A DNA stretch of 64,000 bases, taken from assembly GCA_000388065.2 (NCBI GenBank), contig KB932204.1; one strand, given 5' to 3'. How positions within the stretch are numbered: position 1 is the first letter of the stretch; every line of letters begins with the position of its first letter. The DNA is from Fonticula alba ATCC 38817 (lineage: Eukaryota; Protista; Nucleariida). Shown one piece after another: positions 12,792 through 24,222 of the stretch. Under the pieces are notes generated by a model that worked only from the letters and a program-made list of their open reading frames with translations, did no database searches and was not told where the DNA came from. Both the position numbers and the translations under genes were made by a program.

Positions 12792-15700
12792 TTAGATCTC
12801 CGACGAGGGGATGTAGTAGTCGATGTGGGCATGGACGAAGAGCTTACTGGTGGGCAGTGCCTCATAGCGGTAATCGAAGAGGGAAATGTTGCGGTAGCCC
12901 GGGCGCATGCAGCGCAGGGGGATGGTGGCGGTGGCAACGAAGTCGTCATACTCCACGTCCTTGTCCATGATGGTGAAGTGCAGCAGGGCCACCGACGGGT
13001 CCGGGATGTCGAAGCAGAAGACCTCGCCCCACACCGGCGTCAGGCCGTTGTCGGAGCAGGTGCGCGTCCGCCGACGGTGGCGCGTGGCAAAGGCCGCCTG
13101 CTCGGACTGGGAGTCACGCTGGTCGCGGGTGGAAGAGCGCGAGGACATGGACCCGGCATTGTTCAGAGAGGAGTTGGAGGAGGCGTGCGAGTTGACCGAC
13201 GCCGAGGAGGAGGACACCGTCGGGGGGACGGATGCCACCGAGGTGGAGGAGGCCGCCAGCGAGTCGCCCACCAGGCCGGCCGACGCGGCGGCCGAGGCCG
13301 AGCTGAAGGACCCGGAGGTGGAGATGCCGGAGGAGACCGAGGTGGTGGACGCGTTGCAGGGGGCCACCAAGCCGCCGCTGGCGCCAGCCGAGCGAGCCAT
13401 CTGCGCGGCCTCCAGCGCCAATTGCGACGCGGCCGGGAGCTTGTTGACCGCCGGCGGGGTGAAGCACCGCGACCGATCGGACAGGATCTCCATCACCACA
13501 TACGGGTCAATGACCTCGGTGGTATCCTCATGGCGAGGCTTGGGCAGGTGATAGCCGGACATGACCACCAGCGTCAGGCGCCAGTGCTTCTCCAGGCGAG
13601 AAGACTCGGCGGTCGGCTCCGGCGGGCTGGCCAGCAGGTGCCGCGGCTTCAGCAGGTACCCGGACCGACCGTTCTCCAGGAACCGGCCGTGGTTGATGCG
13701 CAGCGGCCGATCAATGCGCTGATAGTTCATGGCCACCATCTGCACGCCGGCAGCCCAGTGCAGATGCGGCTCAATGTTGACGGTATCGAAGCGAACACCC
13801 AGCGGATAGACACGAGCAATCTGTCGGCGAGTGAACTCGACTGTGTGCGTGTGTGCGTGTGTGTGCGAGAGAGAGAGAGAGAGGGGGGGGGGAGAGAGGG
13901 CGTGAGTGGCGAGAGAACGGAAGAGAGCGGCAAAAAACAGAGTCGAGGATGAAGTCCCGATGGGGGGAGACACACGCACCCAGCTTGGCATGGCTCCGAC
14001 GGGCAAGGCGGCTGGCATGGCGCTCGCCGATGGTGCAGAAGTTGTCAGCATAGTGGTTCTTCTTGCTGTGCTCGAAGCCCTGGAACTGCGTCGGGCGGCA
14101 GTAGTTCACCAGGGAAGACAGCTCCTTGGAGACCTGGCGCTTGGGCTGGCCGCTGGAGGAGCCACGACTGAAGCGCGACCGGCCACCGGAGGAGGAAGAG
14201 GTGGTGGAAGAGCGCGTGGTCATCGGGTCCTTCTCGTCGTCGGTATCATCATCGGTCTCGGCGGAGGAAGACAGATCATCGGCGGCATCACTGAAGAAGG
14301 CGCTCTCCGGCTCACCGGACTCGAAGATGCCCGCCGGCAGGGGGTGGGCCTTGATGATGATCTTGTGCATGAGCTCCTCCGGCGAGGGCAGCTTCTGGAT
14401 CATACCGCCCGGGAACTGGGGAGTGGCAAGCTGAGCCCCGGAAGAGCGGGATACAAGTGAAGAGTGTCAGAAAGGGAAGGGGTACACCGGGAAGGAGGAG
14501 CTGTTCGGGGGGGACACCAGCAAAAAAGGCGGCACATAAAGCCCCCCCCCCCCCCCCGGGAGGAGGGGGTCTCCTTGCGGATGCATATGCGCACCATGCC
14601 GCTGAGCTCTTCCTGAATGATCTCGACCATGCGGAATTGCTGGGTCAGGCTGCAGTGATTGACCAGACTCAGGAAGATAGGGTAGGGCGAGGAGTCGAAG
14701 CCATCCTCACGAATGGCACGCAGGACCTCGGCCAGGGGAACGCGGTTGCTGGACATGCGGCCATGGTGGATGACCGGGCTGTCACCCGGGCCATCGTGGC
14801 AGTCGAGCTCCAGCATCCGGCACCCGGAGCGCAGGGCATGAATGAGCGAAGCGATCGGGGTCCGGTGGCAAATGATGTCCGTCGAGTGGTGGTTGTTGTG
14901 GGCCGCCGCAATCCAGTAGTCCGTCAAGGGCCGGGTCATGTCGTGGTGGACCTTCTGGTTGACAATGTCATAGAAGGACGCCTGATGCTGGATGTAGGAA
15001 GCAAAGCGATCCATGGGAATGCGATTGCCGATGGAGTGATCGACGTAGTACTCGCAAATGCGGTAGGCCTTTGTGCCAGGGGGGGGGCGCAGGGGAGAAT
15101 CATGTAAGAGGGGGGGGGAGAGAGAGAGGGAGAGAGAAAAAGCAGGCAAAGAGGCAAGGCAGAGGAGGGCGTACATCCTCCTCGGTGTGTTGCTGCTCGA
15201 CCAGAAGGAACTTCATGAAGAGGTCGCGCGAGATGCCCGGGAGCTCCGGAGTGGAGACCGAGTCGGCCAGAGTGCTGGACATGGAAGTAGACTCGCTGAA
15301 GAGCAGGCGCCGGTAGACGGCCTCCACGTCACCACGGCTGCTGATCTCGCAATACAACTGGAAGAAGGAGGTGTAATCCAGGCGGCGGGAGCGGCGCGAA
15401 AAGAGCCGCGAAGGGGCGCTAGACTGCTCCTTCTCGGAAACCGGGGCCCCGGAGGAGTCCACCACACGGGAGTACTTCTCAAAGAGGGCGGCCACCGAGG
15501 CGCTCGGGACCCGGAGGTTCAGGGTCACCAGCAGACGAGTCAACTCCTCCAGGGTCATACCACGATCGCCATCGCGGTCGGCCATGAGGAAGGCCGCACG
15601 GGCCTGGCGGTCGACGCTGACCGACTCGTCGCAACGCCAGCTCCCGGCGGGCATCTGCCCGGCCACCATGGACACATTGGCCGCGTCCACAAGGCGACGC

Positions 15701-17701
15701 AGGCCGCTGACCCACTTGGCCCGCATGGCCACAGTCGGGGCCACGACGTCCACGGTGGACGTGCCATTGAGAGTGGCATAGACAATGGAGAAGGCGCGTC
15801 CCTGGTAGGAGTCACGGCGCCACTTGGGGAAGCTGCAGTCCCGGGATGGCGGNNNNNNNNNNNNNNNNNNNNNNNNGGGGGGGGGGGGGGGGGCATGAGA
15901 GGGCGGGTGAGCTGGAATGCGCGGCCCCGGGGCGGTTAGCCGTTCAGCCGGAGGGCCAATATGGCCGAATTCCAGGCGGATTCCCCGGTGGCAGAATCCC
16001 AGAGAAATTCCACGCCGCGCCCCCCCCCCCCCCCTCCGGCCCGCGTCGCCCCGGCTACGCCGCATGTGGCGGACGAGGGCCGGGGGCCAGCCGGAGTCGC
16101 GCGCGCGCGCCCGGGCGGAGCCTTCCCGGCCGCGGCCGGCCCCGATGGGTGTGTATTCTCCACACGTCCGAAAGGCTGGCCTGCGCGGTCCCCCTTTCGA
16201 AGTCGGGGGGGGGGGGGGGGAAGCGGGGGCGGGGGTAACCCAGACATGGGTGAGCCAGTGGCCTCCGGTTGGACCAAAGAATGTGCCCTCCTCATTTCCA
16301 GCGCTCCGGTCCGCCGGGCGTGGGCCCGAGGCAGGAACATTGGCGCCCAAGGGGGCGACGCCGGCGCGGCGGACGCCGGGACCCGGCGCAGACAGGGCGG
16401 CAATATACATGCGCCCGCCGTCGACGCCGGTGGCTCGTACATGGCCGCGCCCGGGGGCGACGGCGCCGGCGGGCACTGTGCGGGCCGCGAGCGCCCCGGC
16501 GGCCCCGGGTTGCCGTTTCGTCAATTGGGGAATGCTCTGCCGGGCCCTGCGCCGGGGGGGGGGTCCTCGCCCGGTGTGCCTGTGCCCAGGGCCGAAGACC
16601 TGACGGGACATGCGTCCTGTGGGGCGACCTGCCCTGTCTGTCCTCATTTGGCGGCCCCCCCCCCCCCCCCCCCAAGGGCCGCCCCGGCGCGTAGCCCTGG
16701 CCCTTGGGTGCGGTGCGTTCGTGCAGCTGCTCCAGGGCGCGGCTCTTTGGCGGGCGCGCTGTCCGGCGGTCGGGCCATCCTTTCCCCCGGGCCCGTTGCC
16801 CGGGGTGCCTTGTTTGACCTTTTGCCCTCTTTCTCTGGCGAGGGGGAGCTCGGGGGGGGGGGATGACCAGTGGCGGGCGGTGTCGCCCGGCAGGCCAAGA
16901 CGCCCCGGACGGCCCAGCCCCCACCTGGGCCCTGGGGCGGTCCTTTGCCGGCTGATGCTCCGGCGCTCATGCCGAGAGGCCTGCCGGGTGGGGTGAGCTG
17001 GAAGTCGCCGGGGAAGTCGCCGGCGACGTCCCCCCTGGAGGCCGGCTCCGGCGGATGCCCCGACCCCGGGCTTCGCGGTTTCGGTGGGCGCGCTCCTGCC
17101 AGGCAGGGGCAGGAGACGGACCCGGAGACAGGTCGGCCTGGCTGGGGGGGGGGGGGGGCGGAGATGGGGCCCGAATGACGAAGGGGGAGATATAGGAGCA
17201 CGCACTGGCCCAGGTACTGGCCCTCGTGGACACCGATGATCATCGGGATCTCGATGAGAGTCTGATGTGAACGTTTGTTCGGTGACGACCAAGCCACCGC
17301 ATAGCAGGGAACACCGGCGGCATGGAGCGAGTGCTCCTGGCGAACAACCGAGAAGCCGCGCTCGTGTGGCCGGGAGGATTGGCTCAGCTGTGTGTGTGGG
17401 GGGGGGGGGCGGGAAAATGAGCGGAGGCGAGGGTAAGAGGCAGATCGCGTCAACAAAGAGGAAACCCCCGCCACACAGAACACGGCACAGGCTCCGCCCC
17501 ACGCAGACGCACCTTGATGAAGATGACGGTCTTTGACAGCTCGGACACCACGGCCTCCACCGGGGTCGAGGGGGGGAAGGCGTGCTCGGCACCGGAGGCC
17601 TCACTGCCGGCCAGGCCAGCATGGCCGTTGGACGCGGCCGAGGCAGAGGGCGACATGGCCAGGGAGGAGGCACTAGAGGAGGCAGACCGCAGGGAGGCCA
17701 T
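12792..17701 (-). CDS. PLC: Phosphoinositide phospholipase C, delta-like (PH-EF-X-Y-C2), divergent active site; exons 17701-17513, 17336-17206, 15832-15175, 15068-14595, 14430-13980, 13840-12792
   Basis: X box AHNN..GCRMLELDCHDG..VIHHG..LSLVNHCS; Y box ELSSLVNYC..IARVYPLGVRFD..GVQMVAMNYQ..NGRSGYLLKP; C2 IDPYV..NGLTPVW..PGYRNISL; EF hand ADRDGDRGMTLEEL; PH RAFSIVY. All junctions are GT-AG and phase-compatible. Confidence 0.95.
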
Positions 17702-17804
17702 CGTGATCGGGGACAGGCAGCTGGGTGTGCGTGCGGGTGTGGGTGTTCTTGCCGGGGAACTTTCTTATGTCTCTCTCTCTCTCTTTCTCTCTCTCGCACT
17801 CAAA

Positions 17805-18024
17805 TGGCAGGGGGCGACTGCGGGGCTCGGCTGGGCGCGGCTGCGGGGAGGGAAAAAGACGGGAGCGGGGCAGGAGCAAGGGGGAAGGAGTAGGGGGAAG
17901 GGGCGAGATCGGAAGAGCACACGTGGCAGGGGGCGACTGCGGGGCTCGGCTGGGCGCGGCTGCGGGGAGGGAAAAAGACGGGAGCGGGGCAGGAGCAAGG
18001 GGGAAGGAGTAGGGGGAAGGGGCG
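17805..18024. repeat. ~101-bp direct duplication flanking an Illumina adapter (assembly artefact)
   Basis: 17805-17905 is repeated at 17924-18024, separated by AGATCGGAAGAGCACACGT; an N gap follows. Confidence 0.9.
17906..17924 (+). other. Illumina TruSeq adapter sequence
   Basis: AGATCGGAAGAGCACACGT equals the first 19 nt of the TruSeq indexed adapter. Confidence 0.97.
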
Positions 18025-18439
18025 GGAGNNNNNNNNNNNNNNNNNNNNNNNNNNNNGGGGGAGGGCTGTGGTGGTGGACATGGACCCACCAGATGGCGAG
18101 CGATGGCTCCCGTTGAATTGTGTGCCCCAGGAGGAGTCGCATGCGAGACTGCCCCAGGTCCAGCGCCAGAGCCCGCTGGACAGGCCTCTATCGGGGGCAG
18201 GAGGGGGGTGATGGGACAAACCCACCTGCCAGAGGGAGGGGCGAGCCAGGGCGGCTCCTGGAGGGGCTCGTGGCGCCGCCCGGGAGGCGGGGGCTCGTCC
18301 ACCGTGTCGCGGTCTTGATGAGGGTTGGCCGGCGTGCCGGCTTGGCGCGGCGCAAGCACACGCCGAAGCATCGTCGGGGCGACTGAACTGGGCGCCGGGC
18401 GCCGGAGAAAAATGTGTCACAGAGCACAGGTGCTCGGTC

Positions 18440-18463
18440 CGCGCGCGCGCGCGCGCGCGCGCG
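18440..18463. repeat. (CG)12 alternating tract, Z-DNA-prone
   Basis: Directly visible, ~740 bp upstream of the PLC start codon. Confidence 0.85.
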
Positions 18464-21400
18464 AGCAAGCGCGCGAGCGATCGTGCAATATTGGCGCGCG
18501 GTCCCGGACGCCGGGATGAACTACTGGGGGCCAAGCGCGGGGGTTTGAGGGACCGGAGAATGGTTGGGGCCCCAGCTGGGTGTGGGCTGGCGCTCAGCGC
18601 GGCGTCCCCGTCAAGCCAGCAATCGAGCGAGGCCAAGGGGGCCGGCACTTTCGCGCGCCGAGCCGAAGGGGAAGACATAGTGGTTGCAAAGGGCGCCGGC
18701 AGGGGCGCCCAACCCTTGCTGGGGCTGGTTGGCCCTGCGCGATCTACCGTCGGGCCGGGTGCCGAGCGGCGGGCCCCACCGCCGGCCGAGCCCATGTAGT
18801 GTCTGGCCGCCGTCTTCCCGAAAAAAGGAGGCAGACCCCCCTCTCCCCCAAGCACGTAGAGTTTAAGGGGGGGGGGGGAGAGAGAGAGAGAGAGAGAGGG
18901 AGAAAGCGAGGGAGGGAGACACCCACGTCCCCGGCCACCATCCAGTGAGGGGGGGGAGGGGCGGGCGGGGGAGACAGGCGTCGGCCGGGAATGCCTCGGA
19001 CGGCCAGGGCGGGGGGGGGGGGGGGGGGGTGTTTCCTCGTGCGTGGATATCGGGGGAGTGTGTGCACGCGGGAGGACGACCCCTGAGAGGAATGAGCCTG
19101 ACCGGCGGGGGGGGGGGCCGAGAAGAAATGCTTGGCAAGTTGGGGCCCGGCCGGTCCGAGTGCTTCGGGCTGCGCGGAAGGCTGTGTCAAGGCGCGGGAT
19201 CATCGCCACCACCGGCTCCACTGGCGCATCCATCCGGGGGACCATGTCCGCACATCGGCGAGGGGGTGCCTGTGTGTGTGTGTGTGTGTCTGCCCTCCTG
19301 ACTCCGCCCCGGAAAGACCCCTCCCCGGGCCCTCGGGGGATTCTCGGGGGGGGGGGGGGGGGGCGCGGACGGGAACAGCCAGAGGAGTTACCCCGGCTGG
19401 CTGGCAACCAGCGGAATGACAGCTCAAACCGGGAGGGTGGGAAAAAGGGAATTGGCTCGGCCAGGGGGAGGGGCTCCGAGAGAGCCATGCGGTGAGGACA
19501 CCCCGCCCCGGAGAGGCGGGCCTGCGGGGGGGGGGGGGGGGGGGCCCCGAGGGGGCGCCACAGCCCTACGGGCCGGGGGGAAAATGGCCCATGTCTGCCT
19601 CCTCTCCCGGCCGCCCCGCCTCTCCGGCCGACTCCTCCAAGGGGCGGGGGGTCTTTTCCCAGAGCGAGGCGGCCCGCCGCGGGGCATGGCTGGTGGCGAA
19701 CAAGCCCTGTCCCTCGGTCCCCCCCTCGCCTGTTCCCGCCCTCGTCCGAGCGCGGAGCGGTGTTCGCCTGGGCCATATCTCGCACACCATGTCCGGCGGC
19801 GCGGGATCGCGTTGTCTGCGGGCTCCGGTCGGGCCTTTCATATTGGCCGAGATCCGGCGGGTCGGCCCCGGTGGCCGCCCAGGCGGTGGTCGCCGGTCCG
19901 GCAGTCGGTGGTTCTTGCCATCCCCCCTCATGCCCCCCCCCCCCCCGCTCCCTCTCCCCTCCCTGCGCCCCGTCCGGGGACCGGCAGGAAGGGAACAGGG
20001 GTGGCGATGGCCGGCTGTGGTGCCGGAGGTCCAGGTACGGAGGAGTCTCGACCTCACTGGCCGGGCGCCAGCCAAACATCCGAGCGGCCGGGGAGCGTCG
20101 GCCGACGTACCTACCCCTGCAAAGGGGCGGGGCTGCCGCCAGCAGCAGGATGACCGTGCGTCGGTGGAATATCGAGCGTGCGCTCTGGAGTATGATGGCC
20201 GGTCGCCCGGCCGAGCCCCTGACCGGTGCCAGGCTGTCGACACCTCCCTCCATCGAGGGCGCGGGATCGGGGGGCGGGCTAGGGTTGCGGCCTATGCAGG
20301 GGGAGAGGGGGGGCGAGCGGCGCGGATGGGCCGGTGTGGGGTCTTCCACTCCGGATGGCGCTGGCCTGGGGGCGCGCTCGACCTTACAGGGAAAGGGGTC
20401 GGTCGCCGGGCACAGGGGCACCCCTCCCGAGGGCGGTCGGCCCGAATTTTGCGCCCTCGCCACGCGCATTCCAAGGCCGACGAGAGCCGCCCGGCCGGAC
20501 GCGAAGGGCCAAGCGGCGGGGCAGCACACGATGCATGGTCGAGGCCGGCAGGGGGAAGTGCCCGGATCACGTATCGGCCGGCCGCTCGACGGATACACAT
20601 GTCTGGCGCTCCTGCAGGCGCGCCAGGCCGGCTGACACCAAGCAAGCGGGAAATAATAATTCCCCCCCGCGGCAATGATGACGGGCCAATATCCGACTCC
20701 AACCTGGAGGCGAGGCCGCGTGTATGCATGTAGGCCCCCGCGGCTGTCGCTATGGTGCCCCCCCTTTTCCCCGCCGCCCGGTGCTCTCTCTCTCTCTCTC
20801 TCTCTCTCCCCCTCTCTCGGCTCGAGCATGCCCCGACCTGTGGCGGCTGCGTTCGGGATGGTGACGAGGAGGGGGCCCGGCAACAGGTAAATCTTGGTCG
20901 GTGGTCTAGCAATATCATAGTTTCCATTTAAATGCGGCTTTTTCGGGCCACAAACAGGGAGTGCCCGCCTCATTCCGTCCCCCTCCCGCCCCGGTGGCCG
21001 AGCGCCAGGGCGCGCGCAGGCGACATCATGCACACACGAGGACGCACATCACAGGCACCCGGGGCCGTGGGTGACGCGGAACACACCCTTTCCCGGGGCC
21101 CTGGCAGTCGTATGTCGTTCAATGGTTCCCCCCTGGCCAGCAGGGCCCGCGTGTGTGCGTTACCGCGTGGGTGCCCGCGTGCATGCGGCATGCGAGAGGG
21201 AGCGTGTGCGTGCGTGCGTGCGTGCGTGTGAGTATATTATGTCCGCGCTCATGATGTGCCGAGCTAACTGCCTGTTCCGCGCCCCTCGCCCGCCCCCCCC
21301 CCCCGGGGGGGGGGGTGGCAGCGATATACAGGTGGGCGCCGAAGGAGCGAGCCCAATGTGGCGGCGCCATTGACGAGGCGGCGACACGGGCTTGGCTCTT

Positions 21401-23396
21401 CTTGGGATCGGACGAGGGGTCACGCCGCAAGAAACGCGTCAGACTCTTCTCCCCCGCCAGGGATGTCCCCTGCTCTTGGCCCCCCCCCCCCCCCCCCCCC
21501 CGCGGCCACCCCCACGCATCCGAACGTGCTGTCTCCCATGGCCCGGGGACAATGTGTCGTCCCCCTCGGAGGAAGCCCGACCGGGGGTGGCCAGAGGCCG
21601 GGGAGAAGATACAGAGGCCCCCAAATTCGGCGGCGTGCCTGCCGGACTCACCCGGCGGGCGCCGGGGCTGCCTTTTGAGGGCGCCCAGCGGGGGCGCGCA
21701 CGCCTCTGTTGCTTGGTGCCGGTGGTCCTCAGGGGACATTGCGCTTCCCTTGTGCCCGGAGAGGGAGACCCGGCCTTGGATCGGCACAGGGACTCGCGGG
21801 GCGGCCAGGCCCCGAGGGCTTGAAGGGCCCGCCTCCCGCCCCCAAGCATGGGATGTTGTGGAAGGGGCGGCGGATCCCCACCGGGCGGGAAGCGGCGCAT
21901 GGCACTGGTGAGCCCGCGGGTGCGGCCAGTTCCTCGGGAGGAATTCACGGCCCCCGGGTGCAGTGCGCTTGACCCCCTTTCCCCGGCTGGGGCTGGGAGC
22001 ACTCAGCCACATCGCCGGCGCGCTTCGCCCACCGTGAAGGTCCATAATATTTGGACCCCTTAAATGATGGTTTTGACACCGAGGGGGCTGGCCCGCGGCG
22101 TGCTGGCCTGGGTCGGCTGATCCTCCGACATATCACACCGGCCGCCACGAATCAGGCGGTCACATCCAAGAGCCCGGATCACGGAACACCACATGTCCGA
22201 GATAGTGGACCAATCTTGATGCCAAAGATCGGCCCTCCCGCCTGCGCCGCACACCGACGAGGATACGCGGGCTAATGGGGGGGCTATTGCGGCCGGGGGA
22301 ACCCTGCTTCTGTGCCCTGATCTTGAGGGGAGTCCTGCTTTTTCAGCTGTTTGTGCCTCCCTGTGTTCGCTCCTCCAGTGCGGGGGGGGGGCGAGACTGA
22401 CGCCCGCCTATCGGGCGTTGGTTGGCCGCTAGCGACCCCACGGCCGCCGGCTTCGGCGTGCCCTCTTTGTCCGATCCCCCGCTGAGGGGCGGGGGCGGGG
22501 GCAGGGTGGCGGGAGTGAGGGAGGCCCCTCATGCCCGGCAATGTCGGGGTTTCACCAGTATAATCATCGAGATACTCATTGGAACGCGCCGATGAGGGCA
22601 CTTTTGAGAAGGGCCTGTGTGTGGGCGTGGTTCGGCCACCCGACCAGGGGTCGAGGTCTCTCCGGGCTTCCTCCGGCATCTTCTCCCCTTCCCCTCTGGG
22701 CGGTTTGCTGGATGTGTGTGGATGTATGTGGTCCGGCCTTCCGGCTTCTCAGACATGGAGCCCCGGGGCTTGAAGACACACCGTCCGACGAGGGGCAGTC
22801 GCGGCGGCGGAGGGGTGCACGTCGATCTCCTCGAGACAAGATCTCCTCCGCTTCGCAGCATCGTCAGAGCCGCCCCCCCGGGGGGTGGCCCCCCCCCCCC
22901 CCCCCCCCCCACCCAGGCCGGGACCCGGGCAGGGACAGTGCAAGCGAGCAGCCGCAGATGCCCGCGTGCCGCGACGTACGCGCCCCTGGCGCTAATTCGT
23001 CGGTTGCCGGGCGCGTGAATGTCGACTGGCATCATCCACACATGCCTTTTCTCGCTTTCCCGCTCCCGGCATTTGCTCGCCCTCGCTTCGGCCCCCTCCT
23101 ACAACAACACCCCCCCCCCACACCCCCACGCACACAGAAGACCCGGCCCCATCCCCCCTCGACGCGCAGCCTCCTGACAACCGAAGCCACCTTGGCGACT
23201 CCCCCCCCCCTCCCTTCTGTCCCCCTCTCCTTTTGCCCCTCGCTCGCCTCCTCCGCCCAATCATAGCTCGCTCCTTCTCCCTCGGCCCGCCCCCGCCCCC
23301 CTCCCCTCCCCCCCTTCGGTTGCCGGGTCTGTCGCCTGAGGAGGAATATCCCACTCCTCGCCTCTCTCTCTCTCCCCCCCCCTCCCAGACTGCACC

Positions 23397-24190
23397 ATGT
23401 CCCTCTCCGACACCGGCATTGAGCTGAGCAACTTCAGCAGCCCCTCAGTGCAGTCGGACATCCCCTCCTCAATGGCCTCCTCGGTGGAGGCCTTCTCAAC
23501 GGTCCCCAGCGAACCGGGGCTCAGCATGCCAAAGAAGTACGGCTCGCCCCTATCCGGCCACATGAGCAAGGCATCCCTCGGAGCCGACCTGGAGCCCGAC
23601 CTGGATCCCACCACGGACCCGGCCGATGATGCACGCCTCGCGGCGCAGGATTACCAGCAGCAGCATGCGACCGCCGGGTCCGGTAGCCGGGGTCGCACCC
23701 TCTTGCACCAAAGCGTGGCCACCATCCGGTTCTACTTCACCCAGACCGCTCGTCATGTTACGCGCAATCCCGGATCCGCTTTCCTGGCTTTGCTGGCCGT
23801 GACCATCGCCGTGCTGGCGGTGGGTGTGGCCCTGACCGCGCTCGAGGTGGCCCCAGTCCTGTTCCTGGGCATGGCCGAGTCCAAGGCCGCCGAGATTGAC
23901 CTGCTCTTGACCCCGGCCCAGCTGGGCGGTGACATCGACTTCCTGGCCTTGAACTTCACTCTCCTGGACCAGGAGCTGGCACGGGACAACTTGGCCGACG
24001 CACCGGCCCACGGTGCCGAGGCCGCGGTGTCCGTCTCGCCCGATGGCCTGGAGCAACTGGCCTCCGGGCAATTCTCCGGCGCCTGGCAATGGCGTGCGCG
24101 CACCGGGCGCAAGAACATCCGCGTCAATATCAACTCCCTGGGCACTTGCCTTGTGCAGTCAGATGTCAGCGCCATCGGTGGTGCTGGTGG

Positions 24191-24222
<32 letters not shown>

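Noticed and set aside
20895-20945. GGTCGGTGGTCTAG, resembling a tRNA 5' end and D arm
   Set aside because: No T-loop (GTTCRA) or acceptor-stem pairing downstream.
15100-21033. Very long minus-strand ORFs (899 and 1077 aa) in the ORF track
   Set aside because: Arg/Pro/Gly-rich translations of GC-rich non-coding DNA that read through N gaps and adapter sequence; only the segments assigned to PLC are real.
22064-22121. Possible C/D snoRNA (ATGATGG..CTGA)
   Set aside because: Box C is imperfect, there is no terminal stem, and no rRNA-complementary guide was recognised.
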